Assembly: GCF_000020025.1 (NCBI RefSeq)
Contig: NC_010628.1
Span: 2,040,001 to 2,072,000 of the forward strand
Direction: 5' to 3'
Origin: Nostoc punctiforme PCC 73102
GTDB lineage: Bacteria; Cyanobacteriota; Cyanobacteriia; Cyanobacteriales; Nostocaceae
DNA: 32,000 bases
Made by a program: the position numbers and the translations under genes
Part shown: positions 15,312 to 23,359 of the stretch, one piece after another
Layout of the letters: each line of letters opens with the position of its first letter
Position numbering within the stretch: position 1 is the first letter of the stretch
The notes under the pieces: model-generated
What the model was told of the DNA's origin: nothing
The model's input: only the letters and a program-made list of their open reading frames with translations
Database searches by the model: none

Positions 15312-15508
15312 ATGTAACAAATATTTACATACCATTTTTACCTAGACGTTTTAATGGACTAGTCAGATTTTCCACCCATAGGGTGGTTACATCCCTAATA
15401 GCTTATAATCCTTGTGCAGTAAGCGGTTTATCTGCCTATAAATTTACTCTTGTCATTCAGTTTCTACATATCATAATTTGTAAAAAGAAATACAAATTAA
15501 TTACTGAT

Positions 15509-15865
15509 ATGACAGCTAGAACCGATCTAACTTTTCAAGAGCTTGAGACTGCCCTTGCTGCTAATGGATTGACAAATGCTCTTACTGTAATTTCTGGGAA
15601 ATTATACGTTGATATTAGTGTAGTTAACGGCGTTACCGTTGCGGATCTAACTGTTGAAGGAGTAGCGGAACTTTTATATAAACTTCGTATTGCTGCTGGC
15701 AATGCTCAATCAACAGTTAACGCTGCTCTTTCAACTGGTGAACAATTGGCTTCTTACCCTCCTTTCAGTTATGGCCCGCCAATAAGCGGCAAAGTTTCAG
15801 TTACTCATGTCTCTACTTTCTTGATTCCTCTCAATGAAAATACAATTACTTCTCCTAACGTTTAA
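15509..15865 (+). CDS. hypothetical protein (118 aa from ATG 15509), possibly a distant relative of the three-paralog family
   Basis: The track ORF starts at 15383, but its first 42 codons look non-coding. MTARTDLTFQELETALAANGLTNALT... has size and helical N-terminal character similar to the paralogs. The similarity is weak. Confidence 0.55.
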   Translation: MTARTDLTFQELETALAANGLTNALTVISGKLYVDISVVNGVTVADLTVEGVAELLYKLRIAAGNAQSTVNAALSTGEQLASYPPFSYGPPISGKVSVTHVSTFLIPLNENTITSPNV

Positions 15866-15915
15866 TTGACTTGAAAAAACGTTTAGTTGGTTTGAACAAT
15901 AATTAGGAGAACAAA

Positions 15916-16503
15916 ATGGTACGTAGACGAGGGAATAAAGTTCAAGCTTATGTCATTTTTAAAGGAAGCTTGAAGTATGGCTTTCAAATTAATGAAGGTT
16001 TTCACGAAACATACAAAAGTGAGTTAGGACAAACTACTTTTGCTGGAGCAGTTGGTGTATTTTTTGGTTGTAATTCACCAAAGCCAAATCGTGCTAGTAA
16101 ATTAATTGCTACGGGAAATATTTCTAGTTTTTGTTCCAGTGCCAGCGAGAAAAACTTACAAAAAGCTGGTTGGACAATAACTAGTAAAGGTTCAAATATT
16201 CGCGGTATTAAAACAGCCGGGTTAACAAGAACTGTTTATGTTCCGATGCCAGGTGGTTACAATTATGCCTGGAATATTACCGCAGCAGAAATATCTCATG
16301 CTGAGGAATTAGGAATATTAGAAGCCGCAGGGGATACAGCAAATTTAATCTGGGGTTCTACTCCTAAACCGCCAAGGGCATCTAAAAAAGATGCAAGTGG
16401 TACTGTTAGTACCTTTATTCAACCAAAGCAAAGTATTATCACTGGGGCTGTTGAAAAAGGCTGGAGCATTAGGGGCATAAATTATGCTTTGCTCCCAGAA
16501 TAG
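15916..16503 (+). CDS. hypothetical protein (195 aa) with internal sequence duplication
   Basis: AGGAGA Shine-Dalgarno 6 nt upstream of the ATG. The two halves share PKP.RASK..A.G..S.F....K.GW.I...RGI (aa 51-99 versus 147-189). Confidence 0.75.
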   Translation: MVRRRGNKVQAYVIFKGSLKYGFQINEGFHETYKSELGQTTFAGAVGVFFGCNSPKPNRASKLIATGNISSFCSSASEKNLQKAGWTITSKGSNIRGIKTAGLTRTVYVPMPGGYNYAWNITAAEISHAEELGILEAAGDTANLIWGSTPKPPRASKKDASGTVSTFIQPKQSIITGAVEKGWSIRGINYALLPE

Positions 16504-16735
16504 GATAATTATTCTTCCCGGCGATCCGGAGTTTGACTGGACTTTACAAACCTCAATCCCTCCCCTTTGGCGACAAGTAGCTCAACAAGATCCAGACGGT
16601 TTTGCATTTTGCGCTCGTGCTGGATCTGGTGTACTTGAACCAATGACGGATGAAGAATTAGAAGAATACCTTTATGGGGGAGAGTATGACGAACGACTAC
16701 AACAAATAGGGGAAGCTGATTTGGTGCTTACATAA
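16484..16735 (+). CDS. small acidic hypothetical protein (83 aa)
   Basis: ATG start overlaps the upstream gene by 20 nt. TAATG overlap with the downstream gene. Confidence 0.55.
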   Translation: MLCSQNRIIILPGDPEFDWTLQTSIPPLWRQVAQQDPDGFAFCARAGSGVLEPMTDEELEEYLYGGEYDERLQQIGEADLVLT

Positions 16736-17067
16736 TGCCGTGGCAGACAATTAGCGCTATTCAAGTAACTAATACTTGGCAGTTTACTGCACCTATCAAT
16801 GGTAATCTTTTTCGACTTAAACATAGCTTGCTTGGCACTGCACACGGCTTTATGTCTGGTTTGGTGTGCCAAGCAGCTTTTACTAATGAGCAAATAGAAA
16901 TTTACCAACCTCAAAAAATATACCCTAGAAATGAATTAGTAATTTTAGAATTTATTTCTCCTGCCTGTTTTTTTGACCGCAGGATAGGAATTAAAAAGCG
17001 TCAATCCAGAGAAATAAATAATTTGGTATGGATTGTTGAGGTAAGTATTTGGAACAATGAAATTTGA
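16735..17067 (+). CDS. hypothetical protein (110 aa)
   Basis: Translationally coupled ORF. No family recognised. Confidence 0.55.
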   Translation: MPWQTISAIQVTNTWQFTAPINGNLFRLKHSLLGTAHGFMSGLVCQAAFTNEQIEIYQPQKIYPRNELVILEFISPACFFDRRIGIKKRQSREINNLVWIVEVSIWNNEI

Positions 17068-17386
17068 CCCTAATGTAGCAAGTTTTATTCTAGCTTTTAT
17101 CGGTGCTTTATCTGGATGGGTTGCGTGGTGGGCTGGTAGGTTAAAGTTTGAACGCCAACAAGCAACCCAAGAAGCTGTAAAACAGGCAGAAAAAGCCTTA
17201 AATGAAGAGCGTGATTTCAACCACCTTAAGAGGAATCAAGAACAAATCTCAGAGGGAATTGCTAATGGATTTGATGGGATTGAGGAAATCCTTGAGGATC
17301 TTATGAAAGAAGTTTTAGAGATTAAATCCTACTTAATTCGTTATGGTGTAATCCCGGACGCAACACTACGTAAGAAGCAAGAGTGA
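17057..17386 (+). CDS. membrane-anchored coiled-coil protein (109 aa), holin/spanin-like by architecture only
   Basis: N-terminal transmembrane segment VASFILAFIGALSGWVAWWAG, followed by a charged helical region. It is the last gene of the plus-strand block. Confidence 0.6.
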   Translation: MKFDPNVASFILAFIGALSGWVAWWAGRLKFERQQATQEAVKQAEKALNEERDFNHLKRNQEQISEGIANGFDGIEEILEDLMKEVLEIKSYLIRYGVIPDATLRKKQE

Positions 17387-17405
17387 TTTTTGGAGAATAC
17401 TACAA

Positions 17406-17433
17406 ATCCCCTATATACGAGCTTGTAGGGGAT
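17406..17433. terminator. hairpin between convergent genes (ATCCCCTA / TAGGGGAT)
   Basis: 8-bp perfect inverted repeat with a 12-nt loop. The following T tract is weak. Confidence 0.3.
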
Positions 17434-17462
17434 ATAACTAATATATTGTTTGTTTTCTAATG

Positions 17463-17831
17463 CTATTGACAAGTTTTGTTTGCCATAGCTCCGCTTCCAA
17501 CTACAGATATTTGGTCACACTCTGAACCATTTTTTAGAATTTTGATTTCTACCGCGCCCTGATTACCTGTTGCTCCTGCCGCAGAAATCAGGGCATTTTT
17601 TGGAGCAGAGAAGTTAACTGTATAAGGGAGTGTGGCTGTAATTTTTTCTACCTTTGAAGGTGTACTTGGATTTTTGGAAACAATAACATAGCTTCCAAAT
17701 AGCTTGCTTCCATTAGTTCCAGTCCATTGAACTTTGTAGTTATCTAGCCCGCTGGAAGATACTGGATTAGTCAAAGGGCTACATCCTGTTAATAGTGTGA
17801 TTACAAATGTTAACCTTATTAGTTTTTTCAT
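17463..17831 (-). CDS. small secreted lipoprotein (122 aa)
   Basis: Signal peptide with lipobox, MKKLIRLTFVITLLTGC. Confidence 0.75.
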   Translation of the reverse strand: MKKLIRLTFVITLLTGCSPLTNPVSSSGLDNYKVQWTGTNGSKLFGSYVIVSKNPSTPSKVEKITATLPYTVNFSAPKNALISAAGATGNQGAVEIKILKNGSECDQISVVGSGAMANKTCQ

Positions 17832-18097
17832 TTGGGTGTAAATAGGTACAGACTTAACGTACCCAGATACCCTTTTATTCTTACTGGGGATTCACTCTAG
17901 TAATTTTGGGGGCAGGGGGCATAATCTCCATTTCGTCTCATGCCCGTGGGCCCCTCAACATAATTTTGTTCCCACAAAAAGGGTACAAAGTCTCTATTTC
18001 GTCACATTTTATTAGTCCAGTGGACTTTGATCGGTGTCCACTGGGCTGTGGGCTTTTACCAATATCGTTTTTGAGGTGCGATCATAGTTTATCAAGC

Positions 18098-18559
18098 CTA
18101 CGTATCTTGTGTAAGCTTTATCAAAATTGCAACTAGCTCGTCCGCTTCAAAAGGCTTACGGATAAGCTTTTGAAACCCAGCATCCATTGCTTGATCTAAC
18201 TCATCTTGACACCAATAACTCGTAAGAGCCACAGCTGGAAGAAACCCACCTTCTAAAATTTCTTTCTTTCTAATACTGCGAATTAGTGAATAACCATCCT
18301 TGCCTGGCATCGCAATATCACTGATCAAAATATCTGGTTTCCATTCTACTACTGCTTCTATAGCTTCATCTGCTGATAGCGCTCTCTTAATTTGTGCTTG
18401 GTAATCTTCCAAAACAAACGCAATTATACATAAACAATCCTCATTGTCATCTACCGCAAGTACCTTTAAACCTTTGAGAGATAGTAGTTTTTTTGGGGGT
18501 ATTTCTTCTAAAAGTTTTCTATCTTTGTTTGGATGTAGATCGTTAGAACTTTTTAGCAC
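18098..18559 (-). CDS. CheY-like receiver-domain protein (single domain, GTG start)
   Basis: VLAVDDNEDCL..., DILISDIAMPGKDG, ALTSY and KPF are receiver hallmarks. The ~30-aa leader before the receiver resembles the linker of a hybrid kinase. Confidence 0.85.
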   Translation of the reverse strand: MLKSSNDLHPNKDRKLLEEIPPKKLLSLKGLKVLAVDDNEDCLCIIAFVLEDYQAQIKRALSADEAIEAVVEWKPDILISDIAMPGKDGYSLIRSIRKKEILEGGFLPAVALTSYWCQDELDQAMDAGFQKLIRKPFEADELVAILIKLTQDT

Positions 18560-18605
18560 TATATATGTACCTCCTACTTGGTAATGACAATTAGGAGTCT
18601 TAAAG

Positions 18606-18632
18606 AGCAGATGGTTGCTGCCATCTGCTTTT
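18606..18632 (+). terminator. orphan intrinsic terminator-like hairpin (AGCAGATGG-TTGCTG-CCATCTGCT + TTT)
   Basis: 9-bp perfect stem, 6-nt loop and a short T tract. There is no plus-strand ORF upstream. Confidence 0.35.
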
Positions 18633-18883
18633 AGACATTTTTATCTTAAATCAAACAAGTTTGTAATAGTGTTTTGTTTGCATAATTTACTTTTTTGTCA
18701 CATTTTAAGCGTCCAATGGACAAATTAGACATTCCACGGGACTATTAAGGAGAAGAGGGGTTTTTATTTAAATTAGTCAAAGCTTTAGTGGCGTTTACCC
18801 TTGAAAATTGGGGCTTTTGGAGCGTAACACCAACTCAATTTAGTCAAGAATTAGTCAAGGGCAAATAGCCGGGGGCTGGAGTA

Positions 18884-18932
<49 letters not shown>

Positions 18933-19320
18933 CCTCTAAATGAGTAGCATTTGAGTAGCGCGATCGCAGTTGAGGATCGCCAAAGATAAGGTTAAAAATA
19001 GCTGCTTTGAGTAGCAAACAAGTAGCAGATATCAAAAAAAGCGTTGAAAGTATTGGTACTGCATATAGGAGCTAGACCTCCCAGTAGTTGTTAGGGTACT
19101 GTTCGCCAATGCCGAAAGGCTTCCAACTCGCCCAGTGCTGGGGTGTCCAATATTTCTTGGGTTTAGGCAACATAGCCAAAATATAGTGTATTTCTTTAAG
19201 GCTACCGTTTTGAGTAACAAATGAGTAGCAAAGTGGCTAAACCCATTACTGTCGCCGAACGTACCATGAATCTAGTCCGAAGTATGGCTATCCACGCTGG
19301 GCGAACAAAAATCAAAGCGG

Positions 19321-19334
19321 ATTGCTATAGCAAT
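19321..19334. promoter_or_regulatory. perfect 14-bp palindrome ATTGCTATAGCAAT upstream of arsR-family gene (candidate operator)
   Basis: Lies 78 bp upstream of the 19412 start codon. ArsR/SmtB repressors usually bind inverted repeats near their own promoters. Confidence 0.25.
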
Positions 19335-19411
19335 AACTCAACTACGCTATTATGAAATTTAATAACTAATTAGCTATTAAAAAAATATTATACCGACTAT
19401 TAAATCTCCCT

Positions 19412-19774
19412 ATGCCAAAAACTAAGCCACACAAGTCCGATCCAGCTGTTCTCGTGGCAGTTGCTGACTACTTCAGGGTTTTATCAGAGGCGAGTCGGCT
19501 ACAGATTTTGGCCTGTCTAAAATCAGGGCCAATGAATGTGATGGAAATTGCCGAGGTTACTAGCTTAGGTCAGGCAAATCTATCTAAGCATCTGAAAGTG
19601 TTAACTCAAGCAGGGATTCTATCTCGTCAGCCCAAAGGCACGAGTGCCTATTACGAGATTGCCGAACCAATGATTTTTGAGCTTTGTGAGTTAGCGTGCG
19701 ATCGCATTAGTGAGCGCGTGCAACAGCAGGCTGAAAGCTTGAAAGTCTTTCGAAGCAAAACAGCAGTTTTTTAA
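19412..19774 (+). CDS. ArsR/SmtB-family transcriptional regulator
   Basis: FRVLSEASRLQILACLKSGPMNVMEIAEVTSLGQANLSKHLKVLTQAGILSRQPKGTSAYYEI is the ArsR winged-HTH pattern. Confidence 0.9.
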   Translation: MPKTKPHKSDPAVLVAVADYFRVLSEASRLQILACLKSGPMNVMEIAEVTSLGQANLSKHLKVLTQAGILSRQPKGTSAYYEIAEPMIFELCELACDRISERVQQQAESLKVFRSKTAVF

Positions 19775-19780
19775 AAAAGA

Positions 19781-19822
19781 CCCCTAGCTGCTGGTGGTTA
19801 GGGGCATAATCGTTATGCCCCT
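19781..19822. terminator. double hairpin between convergent genes (CCCCTA/TAGGGG and AGGGGCATAA-TCG-TTATGCCCCT)
   Basis: 10-bp perfect stem with a 3-nt loop at 19800-19822, preceded by a second, overlapping hairpin. Confidence 0.45.
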
Positions 19823-19842
19823 ACAAATGATTCATATTCCCT

Positions 19843-20181
19843 TTAATCTTCGTCAAGGGCTGGGAAAGCTTCTTCAATCTGCCACAACTTATCTTTGTTT
19901 TCAACAAACCAAATACGAGTTTCGGGAGTTAATTTACTCCAAATAACTTCAACCGGGATGTGAGGAGATGCATATTGGTACTGCTGACCAAGTGATTTGA
20001 GATTGTCTGCCACATCATGGGGAATTCCGAATTGTTCCCAGTCAACTGTTATATGTCTTCCAGAAACTCCGGCTGTGGGGTCGAAAATCAATTGTGCCGA
20101 TCTGACTAAATCAGCAAAGTGTTTCGGTTTGAGTTTGGTGATCTCTTGAATTTGGAGTGATTCGTTATGTTCTTGAGACAT
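19843..20181 (-). CDS. hypothetical protein (112 aa)
   Basis: ORF with ATG start and plausible composition. No family recognised. Confidence 0.6.
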   Translation of the reverse strand: MSQEHNESLQIQEITKLKPKHFADLVRSAQLIFDPTAGVSGRHITVDWEQFGIPHDVADNLKSLGQQYQYASPHIPVEVIWSKLTPETRIWFVENKDKLWQIEEAFPALDED

Positions 20182-20708
20182 TATCGCCGCAGTGGTAAAG
20201 ATTAGTGGTGTTTGAACTTACTGGCAGAGATTTTGATCCCAATATTTTTACTTTAGCGCAGAGCTGCTAACTCGATCGTTATTTATAATCGGAAACTGAA
20301 TTTTCAGATCATCTAGAAAGAAACAATGCAATCGCTGTGCCAACGTTAAGGAAGAACGTAATCCTAGCTGTATAATTTGCAGCATTTTTTCATGTCGGGT
20401 GGCAATGCGGCGAAATTACCACTGCTTATGTCTCGTTTTTGGGCACGGTATTTAGGTTATAAATATAGTTACTTTAAAGCTTTTGAAATTTTTCGCTAAT
20501 GTATAGAGGCTAGATTATTTACTGCAATAGCAAATAATAATTACCAAGCCGCACTACACAAGTAAGTATGGCTACGCCACACTGCGCGAACACGAATTAA
20601 AGCGGATTTATCTAAAACACAAAACTATTGCTATATCTATTGCCGTTTAGCTTAGGTCAATGCCAAAATATAAATACATTTTTTGTAGTAAAACAATAGG
20701 ATAAAACC

Positions 20709-21035
20709 ATGAGCATTAACGTAAAATTACTAGAATTATCTGGGATTTTAGATGGTGTTAGAGGTAATGAGCTGCGTCGTGAAGTTAGCGATATTCTGGC
20801 AAATGGAGCCGATATATTGTTACTTGATATGAAAGAAGTAAAGTTTATCGATAGCTCTGGTTTAGGTGCTTTAGTCTCAGCAATGCAAATGGCACGAAAT
20901 GCTAATACTAAACTTTTTGTTTGTTCGATCAGCGATCAAGTCAGAATGTTGTTTGAATTGACTAAAATGGATAGAATTTTTCAAACCTTCGCTGACCAAG
21001 ATGAATTCAATCGCCAAGTATTGGCAACACAGTAA
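20709..21035 (+). CDS. STAS-domain anti-sigma-factor antagonist (SpoIIAA/RsbV-like)
   Basis: LLLDMKEVKFIDSSGLGALV contains the conserved phosphorylatable Ser context. The size is typical at 108 aa. Confidence 0.9.
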   Translation: MSINVKLLELSGILDGVRGNELRREVSDILANGADILLLDMKEVKFIDSSGLGALVSAMQMARNANTKLFVCSISDQVRMLFELTKMDRIFQTFADQDEFNRQVLATQ

Positions 21036-21078
21036 GTTCCTAGACTAGCCTAAATTTGAATCTGCCCACTTGACTATA

Positions 21079-22269
21079 CTAACCAAAGTTAACTTTTACC
21101 AAAGAGAAGTCATCATCAAGATTATCTTGAGAATTCAAGATAAGAATGTTCGCCAATAGTTCATTTAGAACACAGGGGTCTTTTAGACTATATTTAGTTA
21201 GTAAGTCAATGAAAGCATCAATACCCCAAGTTTTACCATCTGACTGATTAATTTCATAAACACCATCACTAAAAATGTATAAAAAACTGTTCTCTTCAAT
21301 CTGAAAAATAGCATCTTCAAACTGGACATCAGGTAAAAAGCCAATTGGGAGATCCAAAGAACTTAGCTGTTTAACTCGGATGTTTGTTGTAGAGGTATTT
21401 GATAACAGTAAAGCTGGTGGATGTCCGGCATTAGCATAAATAAGTTGACGTTTCAGACGGTGATAAACTCCATACCAGATTGTGAAGTATTTATCACCGT
21501 GCTTCGTCATTTGAAAGGCATGATTGAGCGCTTTCAGGACTTCACTGGGTTGACAAAAGTTGGTGTTTGGTAGAGATTGCGATCGCAAAACATTCAGCAC
21601 GGATACAGATAGGAGGGCTGAACCCACGCCATGACCTGATACATCCAACAAATAAATTGCCAAATTATCCTCGTCGATCCAATAATGGTCAAAGCAATCA
21701 CCTCCTAGCTGTGCTGAGGGAATAAACAGATTTTCTGTAGTTACTGCTCCTACAAGCGGTGAGGGTAAGAGCGATCGCACATAATCAGCAGCCTCAGCTA
21801 ATTCTGCCTCCAAAATTTGCTTTTGGGTTTGCAAATCTTGATTTAGTGTCTCTAAAACTTCTTTTTGACTTTGTAAATCCTGATTTAACTGGTGTAATCT
21901 TAGTCCTGCTCTTACCCGCGCTTTCAATTCATTCATCTCTATTGGTTTAGAGATAAACTCATCTGCTCCAGCGTCAAGTCCTCTAACTCGATCTTCCTCC
22001 TCTCCTCGAGCTGCTCCCTTAGCCGTCAATAGAATGAAAAAAGTAGTTGCCAACTCTGGATCTGTTCTAATTCGACGACACACTTCTAGCCCATCTAACT
22101 GGGACATCATCCAGTCACAGATAATCAGAGCAGGACGTAGTAATTGTGCTTGTCTAATTCCTTCCTCGCCATTTTTGGCGACACTGGTATCATAACCTTG
22201 ATTTTGGAGTGTTTTTTTCAGTACTGTTCGCACTATAGGGTCATCATCAATAACCAAAATTTTAAACAT
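21079..22269 (-). CDS. response regulator with PP2C/SpoIIE-type phosphatase output (RsbU-like)
   Basis: Receiver motifs are ILVIDDDPIV and DWMMSQLDG. A coiled-coil linker follows. The PPM domain shows GGDCFDHYWI and LLDVSGHGVGSALL. Confidence 0.9.
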   Translation of the reverse strand: MFKILVIDDDPIVRTVLKKTLQNQGYDTSVAKNGEEGIRQAQLLRPALIICDWMMSQLDGLEVCRRIRTDPELATTFFILLTAKGAARGEEEDRVRGLDAGADEFISKPIEMNELKARVRAGLRLHQLNQDLQSQKEVLETLNQDLQTQKQILEAELAEAADYVRSLLPSPLVGAVTTENLFIPSAQLGGDCFDHYWIDEDNLAIYLLDVSGHGVGSALLSVSVLNVLRSQSLPNTNFCQPSEVLKALNHAFQMTKHGDKYFTIWYGVYHRLKRQLIYANAGHPPALLLSNTSTTNIRVKQLSSLDLPIGFLPDVQFEDAIFQIEENSFLYIFSDGVYEINQSDGKTWGIDAFIDLLTKYSLKDPCVLNELLANILILNSQDNLDDDFSLVKVNFG

Positions 22270-22528
22270 AAATTAAAGTTTACTAAGTAAATTGAAGAAG
22301 AATTTAGAAGTCAGAATAGGCTACGTGTAGCGTAGCGTCCCGCAGGCTTGACGCTCTGCTATCCGCTCTTTCCGTCAGAATTCAGAATGAATTCTGCTTC
22401 GCTTAAAAGGAAGTAATTGCTCTAATTCAACTTATATGCAATTTAGTTTTAAATGTATAGTGAAAATACTCAAATTAAATAAATTAAATACGAATAGGAT
22501 CGTCTCAAAATATTTTATGGGTTAAGAA

Positions 22529-22945
22529 GTGAAAAATAAAATTTATCTAAAAGTCAACACAGACCTTACAGCATCGTCTCAAGTATTATTTTGGTTCGAT
22601 CAGATGAATCAGCCGCCTATTCCTAACAAAGAGGTTTGGTGGCAATGTCAAACACTTTTGATGGAAGGCTTTACTAACATTGTTGAACATGCACACAAAA
22701 ACTTACCGATTGAAACTCCTATTGAAATAGAAGCTGTACGGGTAAATAAATATATAGAAATTCGCATTTGGTCTCAAGGTGAACCATTTGACTTAGAGCA
22801 GCAATTGCGGCAAATATCTGAATTTGATGAGAATGAGCAAGAGCGCGGGCGGGGTTTAAAAATTATGTCTGCCATTGCCGACAAATTGAGTTATGAGCCA
22901 ACAGAAGACAATCGTTACTGTTTATTTATTAGTAAATACTATTAA
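22529..22945 (+). CDS. anti-sigma regulatory Ser/Thr kinase (RsbW/SpoIIAB-like HATPase)
   Basis: N-box-like NIVEHAH and ERGRGLKIM. 138 aa with a GTG start. Confidence 0.8.
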   Translation: MKNKIYLKVNTDLTASSQVLFWFDQMNQPPIPNKEVWWQCQTLLMEGFTNIVEHAHKNLPIETPIEIEAVRVNKYIEIRIWSQGEPFDLEQQLRQISEFDENEQERGRGLKIMSAIADKLSYEPTEDNRYCLFISKYY

Positions 22946-23177
22946 TCCTCTTATCTAAGTTTTGCTAGCTGCTATAGCAGGTCTATTTGATTCATACAGA
23001 AAGACTCAATGTCTTACCAACTTTTACAAGCATCTCCACCAATCAATGCAAATAGTTATCAATTCGATTCGGTCGCCCTTAAAGAATTAAAGCTTGAAAT
23101 TTACGTGGTATTTTTACCACCAAAACTAAGGAAATTGGCACAATAAAATCAAAATATGTAAATAAAAAACGAACTAG

Positions 23178-23306
23178 ATTAAAACCCAATACGGTTCAGT
23201 TAAGGCTAAAACTCTGTTACCAAAGTCTTTTTTTTACGAACCGCCAAGGCGCAGAGAACGCAGAGAGAAGAAAGAGATGCTTAACTGAACTGTATTGGAT
23301 TAAAAC
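23178..23306. mobile_element. MITE: 113-bp element with 19-bp terminal inverted repeats and 8-bp target duplication
   Basis: The inverted repeats are CCAATACGGTTCAGTTAAG (23186-23204) and CTTAACTGAACTGTATTGG (23280-23298), matching at 18/19. They are flanked by ATTAAAAC at 23178-23185 and 23299-23306. Confidence 0.7.
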
Positions 23307-23359
23307 CCTTATAGCTATTGCCTATTTTCTTATCCCAACAACTATTTACGGCCGCTTCC

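Noticed and set aside
15383-15508. N-terminal 42 codons of the 160-aa track ORF
   Set aside because: It starts at a non-ATG codon in AT-rich spacer with a hydrophobic, low-complexity translation. The internal ATG at 15509 gives a product similar in size to its neighbours.
16672-17220. Two minus-strand ORFs (80 and 91 aa) antisense to the plus-strand block
   Set aside because: They are antisense to tightly coupled plus-strand genes and have no independent support.
17906-18136. 76-aa plus-strand ORF between the lipoprotein and receiver genes
   Set aside because: It spans intergenic repeats (TCTC[C/T]ATTTCGTC x2) and a CCAGTGGAC/GTCCACTGG hairpin, and it overlaps the receiver gene's end.
19032-19220. 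62-aa minus-strand ORF next to the tRNA fragment, considered as an integrase remnant
   Set aside because: I found no tyrosine- or serine-recombinase motifs in any frame. The region is better explained as a non-coding repeat cluster.
22300-22400. GTAGCGTAGCGTCCCGCAGGC-type sequence and CAGAATTCA/TGAATTCTG palindrome upstream of the RR-PP2C gene
   Set aside because: It resembles the dispersed short repeats common in Nostoc intergenic DNA, and a similar string occurs at about 29550-29580. I see no specific function to claim.
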